A stretch of DNA of 64,000 bases from Rubripirellula sp. Lineage in GTDB: Bacteria > Planctomycetota > Planctomycetia > Pirellulales > Pirellulaceae. A program made the translations under genes and the position numbers. The stretch spans positions 1,056,001-1,120,000 of the forward strand of contig OZ244207.1 of the NCBI GenBank assembly GCA_965216875.1, written 5' to 3'. The stretch's first letter is position 1. Every line of letters starts with the position of its first letter. This document shows, in pieces, positions 57,349 to 64,000 of the stretch. The notes below the pieces were generated by a model. The model worked only from the letters and a program-made list of their open reading frames with translations. It was not told where the DNA came from and searched no databases.

Positions 57349-60300
57349 TCAGTGCTTTGCGTCCTGCTCTTTGTCGGCGTGGCCGTCATCGTGGCCATGG
57401 CCGCCGTCATGACCGTGCTCGTCATTGTGACCATGATCGCCATCGCCGTGATCACCATGATCGTGATGGTGAGGGGCTTTGACTTTCTTGAGGTCGTCCA
57501 ACTGGAAGCTGGTCATCAAGCGTTTGTGCGGGTTGCGAACGCGAGCGAGGTACTCGGTGCGTGGCTTAAGGTTGAGTTGGCTGAGCATGCCGTAGGCGCG
57601 AACATCAGCGTGCTTCTTCGAAACGGCCGATTCGGGATCCGCAAGGTTGCCGAACTCAATGGCGTTGGTTGGGCAAGCGGCTTGGCAAGCGGTGACCACA
57701 TCGCCGTCGCGAATCGCACGTCCACCATCTTTGCGAGCGTTGATCTTGGCTTGCTCGACGCGTTGGACGCAGTAGGTGCACTTTTCCATCACACCGCGAC
57801 CGCGAACGGTGACGTCGGGGTTAAGGACGAGTGATTGGAGCTTGCGATTCGCTTTTTCGATCGCACCGGGGTAAGCCTTCACGCCGTAGCCAACACCGAC
57901 TTCTTCGTTGTAGTTGAAGTAGTTGAAGCGACGCACTTTGAACGGGCAGTTGTTGGCACAGTAACGTGTACCGATACAGCGGTTGTAGGCCATCGCGTTG
58001 ATGCCTTCGTTGGTGTGCACGGTCGCGGCGACCGGACAAACCTGTTCGCAAGGTGCCGTTTCGCAGTGCTGGCACATCATCGGCTCTTGCACGATCTCGG
58101 CGTTGTTTTCGTCACCTTGGAAGTAACGGTCGATTCGCAGCCAGTGCATTTCGCGACTGTTGAGGACTTGTTCGCGGCCCACGATCGGCACGTTGTTTTC
58201 GCTTTGGCAAGCGATCACACAGCCGTTGCAGCCGAAGCACTTGCTCAAGTCGATCGCCATGCCCCATTGAGGCACGTTTGAACCGGCTTCTTTCTCCTCT
58301 GCTTGGATCACTTGCATTGGCTCGTGCCAAGGCGATCCATGCGCTCCGACCGAAGGAACGTGAGGAGCCTTGGGCGAGCCGTTGGCGAACTCAGGAACCT
58401 TTTTCATCAGTTCCGTGGTGCCCTCGCGGACGAGCGAGAAGCTGCGGCTCTGATTTTCATCTTTGCCCAGGTCATCGATCGCCCAGTGATCCTGGGTCGT
58501 TGCGACACCGTATTGTTCGAACATCGGGCGAGCGGCAACTTTGGCCACGTGCATCGAGTCGCTGGTGCGAATCGGCGAGACATCAAAGCCGACCACATCG
58601 ACATCTTTTTCCGGCATGCCGCCGACCATCCCGACTCGCTTGCGGCCGTAACCGATGGCGACGGTGACGACGCCAGGAGCACAGCCAGGCATTTCGTAAA
58701 CGGGTAAGTCAATTCGGACGTCGCCGTTGACCAAGCCGATCTTTAAGCCGTGTTTGACGCCAAGTGCCTTGGCGGTCGCTGGTGCGATCACAGCGGCGTT
58801 GTCCCAAGTCATCTTGGTCAACGACTGAGGCATCTCTTGAAGCCAACCGTTGTTGGCGAATCGGCCGTCGTACAATCCGTCGGCGGGAACAAAGATGACT
58901 TCAAAGTCATCGCGATCGAGTTCGCCACCAGTCTTCGGTGCGGCGCCGGTCAGTTCCTTGGCTTCGCCTTGAACGGCAAGTGTTTCGCTTTCGACGGTGA
59001 TCTCTTTCGAGTAGCCGTCGTGCAAGAGTGAACGCCATTGATGCTGGCCCAGTTTTCCGCCAGCCACTTCGTCGGCGGTTGCACGCACGATGGAAGCGGA
59101 GTCTTGTTTTGCTTCGCCGAGGACAACTGCAAGCACTTCGGCCGAAGTGCGTCCGCCCATCAAAGGCAGAATGTTTGGCTGACAAACGCCATAGTGTCCG
59201 TTGTCGTCGACACAGTCGCTCCACGATTCGAGTGGGTGAGCCAAAGGCAGCGACCACTCACTGACCAGTGCGGTTTCGTCGTCGTATTCGCCTAGGTAGA
59301 CGCTGTGTTCCACTTTGCTGATGGCGGTTGCAACGTCGATGTCGCCAGGAGCCGTGACGACGGGGTTTCCGCCCAGAACGAGCAGCGAGTCGACGGCACC
59401 GTTGTTGATATTGCCGACCAATTCGCCGAGCGAAACGGTGTCGCCAAGCGACTTGTCGTTTTCGGTGACAAAAGTTTGCAGTTTGCCGAGCGAGCCGATC
59501 TTTTCGTTGAATCGGATGCCAGCGGCAACGGCTTCGGCACCGAGGTGTTCGCCAACGACAACGACAGCTTTGTCGCCATGCTCGGCAAAGTCGTGAGCCA
59601 ACACGTCGAGGAAACGCTCAAGGCGGTCTTCCGGTGGAAGCTTGTCGTAAGGGATGGCTTCGTCGTCGTGATTGTGCTTTTCACCGCCAACGAGTGCTTC
59701 GACGCGGCGACCAAGCTCGGCCAGGAAGGCTGGCATTTCACTTGGGCGAAGGGCCAATCGCGAATCGGCCATGCTGCCGGTCAAGGTGAAGCCACCTTCG
59801 ACGACGTACAGACGGCTCATGTCGCCAGCGACCGCATCACGGTGCTTGGCAAATCCAGCCGAGTTGCTGACGGAGTTGCGATGTTGTCCGAGGATGTCGG
59901 ATTGAAGCGTGAGGATGATTTCGGCATCGTCGAGCTTCAAAACTTCCTTGGCGGCTTTGCCAAAGACTTGTGAAGTCGCGTCCCGCATGACATCGTCACC
60001 GACACTGTCGTATCGGCAAATCGTTGCGTTGGGCAAACGCTCTTTCAGCTTGGCGAGCATTCGCAACGTCGATGGCGACGAAGTTGGGTCCATCAACACG
60101 GCAAAGCCGGAGCCATTGTTGTGGCTTACAGCGGTCTTGAGCCATGCTGCGCCGAACGATTCGAACTCGGGCCAATCGGTGGCAACGCGTCGCTTTTCGC
60201 CTTTGCGGATCAAGAAGCCGCGTTTTCCGCGCGAGCGATCAGGGTCGTAGAGACCGAGGATGCTTGCTTGCGAGTAAGCATCCGTGCCACCACCACTTGG

Positions 60301-60696
60301 GTGATCGGTGTTTGGTTCGATCTTGATCGGACGACCGTCAAAACAGGTGACCAGCAAACTGTAGACGCGGCCAGCCAATTCGATATTTGTCGCACGCGAA
60401 TAGGTTTCGCCAGGCACTCGGCCTTCTGGGCGAAGCACAAACGGTTCAATCGTCTCTTCGGGGTAGCGGCAACCGGCGACGCCAGCCAGCGCGAACGATG
60501 CACCCATCAATTGCATCCAGCGACGGCGCGAAACTCCCTCTGGGAACTCCGAGGCGGCAACCGGAAACTCACGGTGCAGGTAATCCTGAAACTCTTCCTG
60601 CTGATTCAATTCAGCAAGGCTGCGCCAATAACGTGGCTTTGTCTCTTCAGTGGACAGAGCGTCTGTGTTTGACGGGGCCGATTCGCTGGAAGTCAT
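57349..60696 (-). CDS. actB: Alternative complex III subunit ActB (molybdopterin-like domain + Fe-S domain)
   Basis: [33 protein letters not shown]; four Cys clusters including [12 protein letters not shown]. Confidence 0.95.
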   Translation of the reverse strand: MTSSESAPSNTDALSTEETKPRYWRSLAELNQQEEFQDYLHREFPVAASEFPEGVSRRRWMQLMGASFALAGVAGCRYPEETIEPFVLRPEGRVPGETYSRATNIELAGRVYSLLVTCFDGRPIKIEPNTDHPSGGGTDAYSQASILGLYDPDRSRGKRGFLIRKGEKRRVATDWPEFESFGAAWLKTAVSHNNGSGFAVLMDPTSSPSTLRMLAKLKERLPNATICRYDSVGDDVMRDATSQVFGKAAKEVLKLDDAEIILTLQSDILGQHRNSVSNSAGFAKHRDAVAGDMSRLYVVEGGFTLTGSMADSRLALRPSEMPAFLAELGRRVEALVGGEKHNHDDEAIPYDKLPPEDRLERFLDVLAHDFAEHGDKAVVVVGEHLGAEAVAAGIRFNEKIGSLGKLQTFVTENDKSLGDTVSLGELVGNINNGAVDSLLVLGGNPVVTAPGDIDVATAISKVEHSVYLGEYDDETALVSEWSLPLAHPLESWSDCVDDNGHYGVCQPNILPLMGGRTSAEVLAVVLGEAKQDSASIVRATADEVAGGKLGQHQWRSLLHDGYSKEITVESETLAVQGEAKELTGAAPKTGGELDRDDFEVIFVPADGLYDGRFANNGWLQEMPQSLTKMTWDNAAVIAPATAKALGVKHGLKIGLVNGDVRIDLPVYEMPGCAPGVVTVAIGYGRKRVGMVGGMPEKDVDVVGFDVSPIRTSDSMHVAKVAARPMFEQYGVATTQDHWAIDDLGKDENQSRSFSLVREGTTELMKKVPEFANGSPKAPHVPSVGAHGSPWHEPMQVIQAEEKEAGSNVPQWGMAIDLSKCFGCNGCVIACQSENNVPIVGREQVLNSREMHWLRIDRYFQGDENNAEIVQEPMMCQHCETAPCEQVCPVAATVHTNEGINAMAYNRCIGTRYCANNCPFKVRRFNYFNYNEEVGVGYGVKAYPGAIEKANRKLQSLVLNPDVTVRGRGVMEKCTYCVQRVEQAKINARKDGGRAIRDGDVVTACQAACPTNAIEFGNLADPESAVSKKHADVRAYGMLSQLNLKPRTEYLARVRNPHKRLMTSFQLDDLKKVKAPHHHDHGDHGDGDHGHNDEHGHDGGHGHDDGHADKEQDAKH

Positions 60697-60762
60697 ATCG
60701 AAAACGGACGTTGAATTGATAAACGAATGTAATGAACGGTTAACGAAAGGTGCGTTGCGGCT

Positions 60763-61452
60763 TTAGCGGTGACAGACCGCACAGTGCACTTTCGGGTTGA
60801 TTCCCTTTTCCTCGCGAGCTTGTTTCGCGAAAGCCTCTTGGTCCCAATCCTCTGGTGGTTCCCAATCGAGCTTGGTCACGTTTTCGACTTCGCGAAGGTG
60901 AGGGTCGGGGTTGCGGTGACAGGTAATGCACCATGCCATCGAGAGTTCTTCGTGCTGGTAAACCACTTCCATTTGGTCGATTCGACCGTGGCAGGTTTTG
61001 CAGCTCACGCCCGAGTTCACATGTGCGGCGTGGTTGAAGTAAACGAACTCAGGAAGGTTATGGACGCGTTTCCACGCCATGCTCTTGCCCGTTTCCCAAC
61101 TCTTGTGGATCGGTGCAAGCTTTTGGCTTTCCGGATGCACGGCCGCCAGCGCGGTCAGGCCTTGATCGTTTGCCGGACTGTGACAATTGACACAGGTCGC
61201 CGTCGGCGGAATCGCCGCGTGAGCTGCGTCGAAGACGGTGTTGTGGCAATACCGACAATCCATCTTCAACTGCCCTGCGTGAATCGCATGACTAAACGGC
61301 ACCGGCTGCTCAGGCTGGTAACCAATGTTCAACGTCTTGGGGTCTGTGATCAAACCGCCCATCGCCAATGCGTAGACGCCTCCGCCTAAGGCTGCAATTG
61401 CCAATAGACCAAGGAATGGATTGACCCACCGAGGAAACAGAAACCGTTGCAT
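60763..61452 (-). CDS. actA: Alternative complex III subunit ActA (pentaheme cytochrome c)
   Basis: One TM helix; QPVPFSH..H; five CxxCH (CRYCH, CVNCH, CKTCH, CITCH, CAVCH). Confidence 0.95.
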   Translation of the reverse strand: MQRFLFPRWVNPFLGLLAIAALGGGVYALAMGGLITDPKTLNIGYQPEQPVPFSHAIHAGQLKMDCRYCHNTVFDAAHAAIPPTATCVNCHSPANDQGLTALAAVHPESQKLAPIHKSWETGKSMAWKRVHNLPEFVYFNHAAHVNSGVSCKTCHGRIDQMEVVYQHEELSMAWCITCHRNPDPHLREVENVTKLDWEPPEDWDQEAFAKQAREEKGINPKVHCAVCHR

Positions 61453-61586
61453 GATGAAGTTTGGCCTTCGCTTGGGCGCGGCCCGAAGTAGCACATGAGA
61501 AATAGGAGAACGTGTGACGATCCGGCTCACACGCGCGTCAGTATGGCAATGCAACGTCTAAACTGGCAATGGTGCCCAGCGTCCGA

Positions 61587-61664
61587 GCGACATTGTGTCG
61601 CATTCATAAACGCCGTGTTTTGCCGGTCGAAACGATTCACGCCAAAACAGCGACATTGTGCCGC
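61587..61664. promoter_or_regulatory. Two RegA/PrrA/RegR-like boxes upstream of actA
   Basis: GCGAC-ATTGT-GTCGC (61587-61601) and GCGAC-ATTGT-GCCGC (61650-61664). Confidence 0.65.
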
Positions 61665-61793
61665 ACATCAACTGGCGAGCATGACTGGAAAGATAGGCAG
61701 TTTGAGTGCGCACCTTACACACACTCTGCTACCTTCAGTCCCCCCAAGAACCGTTCGCGATGTTCAAGAATCAACATCGCGCGACTTGCATTC

Positions 61794-62825
61794 TTAACCG
61801 CGCCACCAATTTCCATCATCGGTGACCGCGACTGCGGGACAGCGCATCGAATCGAGTGCCGATGCGACCTCGCTGACTGCCCAGTCCATATCGTCCACCT
61901 CAAGTCGGTACTCCGGCCATTCCCATCCTGCGGGCCACATTTGATGAGGTGCAGGCCAGCTTGTATCGGGTGTGGCGTATTGAATTCGAGCGACCAAACG
62001 CGGTACGCAGCGCTGCTCGATCTTCATTTCGTCGTTAAGGGGCAATGGAGGCACGTAAGCTGCCACCCAAGGGGCGTCGCCTGCGACTTCGAGTGGTGGC
62101 GCATCGATTTGAGGTGTGGTCGCGCCGGACGAACCCTTTTCTTTTTCACGAAGTGCTGCAGGTGCGTTGCCGACCACGGCCATCGGTTCTGCAAGCGGCG
62201 GCGCATCAAATGTACGAATGCCGTACTCTGCGGTCAGCCTTTGACAAAGTGTTTCGCGTGTCGATTCGTCGCCACCAACCAACGCCATCGATGCGGCACC
62301 AAGTGACAGGTGGTCGGCGAGTCGTTGGAGTGTCCAGTCGAAACGCGGGTCACGATAATGGGCGGCGACGTCACAGGCGGGTTGCAAAACGAATTGCCGA
62401 GCGGTGTAGCGAGGATGGGGGACGATCAATCCCGTGCCTCCACCAACCAATTCGCCATGCAGAACGACATCAAGGTCGATCGATCGCGCGTCCCAGCGCC
62501 GCTTGCGCTGTCGGCCGAGGTCGTTTTCGATCCCTTGCAATAGATCGAGGATGTCTCGTGCAGAAGCTTGTGTTTCAAACGCGGCAACGGCATTGAGGAA
62601 GGGTTCTTGGCCGCCTGGGCCGCCGATCGGCGGGGTTTCAAACAGTCGGCTGGCTCGAAATCCCTCGACCATTTCGCTGGTCTGGACCCGAATGGCCGCT
62701 TCGGCGATCACCTGTTCGCGCGTTCCGAGGTTGCTGCCGAAGCTGATCAAGCATTGGGAGACAAGTGGCTCGGACTTCGGGGGGCGGGCTTTGGCGCAAG
62801 AGGACCATTCGTGATCGTGAGGCAT
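61794..62825 (-). CDS. folK: 2-amino-4-hydroxy-6-hydroxymethyldihydropteridine diphosphokinase with C-terminal extension
   Basis: GSNLG, ETPP.G, FLNAV, IE..LGR.R..RW..R.IDLD and VPHPR...R.FVL.P. Confidence 0.92.
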   Translation of the reverse strand: MPHDHEWSSCAKARPPKSEPLVSQCLISFGSNLGTREQVIAEAAIRVQTSEMVEGFRASRLFETPPIGGPGGQEPFLNAVAAFETQASARDILDLLQGIENDLGRQRKRRWDARSIDLDVVLHGELVGGGTGLIVPHPRYTARQFVLQPACDVAAHYRDPRFDWTLQRLADHLSLGAASMALVGGDESTRETLCQRLTAEYGIRTFDAPPLAEPMAVVGNAPAALREKEKGSSGATTPQIDAPPLEVAGDAPWVAAYVPPLPLNDEMKIEQRCVPRLVARIQYATPDTSWPAPHQMWPAGWEWPEYRLEVDDMDWAVSEVASALDSMRCPAVAVTDDGNWWRG

Positions 62826-62830
62826 CGTTT

Positions 62831-63142
62831 TCAGGCCGACTGTCCGACTTGGACGAGTTTGGAGGCAAGCATTTGTGTGTAAGCGTCACAGATTTCGCGT
62901 CGGCACGACAAGATCGCCATCTGGCCCTGGCGTCTTGAGTGAATCAAATCCGCGGCGGCGAGTTCTTTTAAATGGTGTGAAATCGTCGCTTGAGTGATCG
63001 AAAACTCGGCGACCAACTGCTTGCACGGAACTTCATCTTGCTGAGCGATGAAAGCGAGGATCGCAAATCGTTGAGGGTCGGCGAGCGCTTTGGCGATTCG
63101 CTGGATCTGGTCTCCAGTCAGCTGAAATTCCGGATGGCTCAT
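62831..63142 (-). CDS. ArsR/SmtB family transcriptional regulator
   Basis: KALADPQR..IL and ISQATISHHLKEL..A.LI.SRR.G. Confidence 0.9.
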   Translation of the reverse strand: MSHPEFQLTGDQIQRIAKALADPQRFAILAFIAQQDEVPCKQLVAEFSITQATISHHLKELAAADLIHSRRQGQMAILSCRREICDAYTQMLASKLVQVGQSA

Positions 63143-63468
63143 TTGTCGACCCACTAAAACGAATACGGTCACCTCTGCAGTGAAACGTTTTCCCCAACCA
63201 CCCAGTATCTGCTGAGGAATGTCAGAATGCGAGGCCCAAAGCTGAGATCGTCCAATCAATCGGACTGCAACCCAAAACCAAGCACAACACAATGCAGACG
63301 CGGACTCAGCGGCGGCGACTAGAATCATCCTTTCGCGTTCATCCCTCATTAGAGGCAGCGAAAAGCATTGGCCGGTGGTAAGATCCCGACCTTCCCATCC
63401 TGTCACGACCGAGCCCCACCGCACCTGCTCCACCGGCTTCCTTCCACCGCACCCTTAGTGCAACGATC

Positions 63469-64000
63469 ATGGATCAACCCGACGAAATCACCGAGCAAAC
63501 CCCTGACGACGTCTTCCTGACGGCGGTTGTGTTCGAATCAGCGTTGGGGGTGCTGGCGCTTTTGCTGGGGTGGATGCTTGGTCCCGATCCTCGTGCAATG
63601 ATTCCTGAGCTCGATTGGGAAAACCTTCAACCGATCGTATCGGGCGTTCTTTACGGTCTGCTTGCCGCGGTGCCGATCCTGGGCGTGATCGAAATTGTTC
63701 GCCGTCTTCCACTGGAAGCCGTCCGAAAGCTCGAGGCGCTCAGCGACGACACGCTCATCAAGACGCTGCTGCAGCTACGTAAGAGCGAGTTGATCGTGAT
63801 CAGTCTGTGTGCGGGCATTGGCGAAGAGTTATTGTTCCGCGGTTGGATGTTGTATTGGTTTGCGGGCGCAACCGGCGAAGCAACGCCCGGTGTTTTCGAA
63901 TTCGCAATCGCGTTGGTGGGTTCGTCGATCGCTTTCGGCTTGATGCACCCCATCACCAAACTCTACGTCTTCCTCGCTGCCTTGATGGGCATCTACTTTG
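63469..64000 (+). CDS. CPBP (CAAX/Abi) intramembrane glutamic endopeptidase, truncated at window edge
   Basis: Hand translation from ATG 63469 (MDQPDEITEQ...) gives AGIGEELLFRG and FGLMH motifs. Confidence 0.88.
   Translation, partial: MDQPDEITEQTPDDVFLTAVVFESALGVLALLLGWMLGPDPRAMIPELDWENLQPIVSGVLYGLLAAVPILGVIEIVRRLPLEAVRKLEALSDDTLIKTLLQLRKSELIVISLCAGIGEELLFRGWMLYWFAGATGEATPGVFEFAIALVGSSIAFGLMHPITKLYVFLAALMGIYF

Noticed and set aside
55869..60696. Polysulfide, DMSO or nitrite reductase (Psr/Nrf)
   Set aside because: Gene order actABC-DE-F and the ActC/ActF motifs identify alternative complex III.
63143..63433. Long N-terminal extension of ArsR (also extensions of nfo, AraC, actA, fliG and the 22630 ORF)
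   Set aside because: The ORF track uses the first possible start codon; family motifs begin at downstream ATGs.
1..64000. tRNA, rRNA, prophage or defence genes
   Set aside because: None recognised by eye; tRNAscan and Rfam scans would be needed to exclude small RNAs.

Overview
Housekeeping-type 64-kb window from a high-GC planctomycete, most likely Pirellulaceae. That placement is inferred from a DUF1549/DUF1553 cytochrome next to DUF1501, a WD40 Ser/Thr kinase and a PAS-AraC regulator. The largest unit is a ~14.6-kb minus-strand respiratory operon: alternative complex III (actA, B, C, fused DE, F, a G-like gene), then sco and a type A2 caa3 oxidase (ctaCDEF). Other genes: a D-threonine-aldolase-family/Na+:solute symporter cluster, purN, type-2 ileS, an LpoB-like/COG3014-like lipoprotein pair, TrmH, pfkA, nfo, FkbM, csrA, rdgB, an orphan fliG, ppk2, ThuA, folK, ArsR and a CPBP protease. 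Intergenic DNA is crowded with several REP-like palindrome families. I saw no tRNA, rRNA, CRISPR, transposase or prophage gene. Best leads: (1) an FHA-pseudokinase next to an intact WD40 kinase; (2) a secreted beta-propeller/diheme/ankyrin protein with HzsBC-like architecture; (3) twin RegA/PrrA-type boxes upstream of ACIII-caa3; (4) His/acid-rich additions on five respiratory subunits; (5) a ThuA gene bracketed by ~126-bp direct repeats; (6) an orphan terminator that suggests an sRNA. All calls come from motif recognition by eye; no searches were run and many start codons are estimates.
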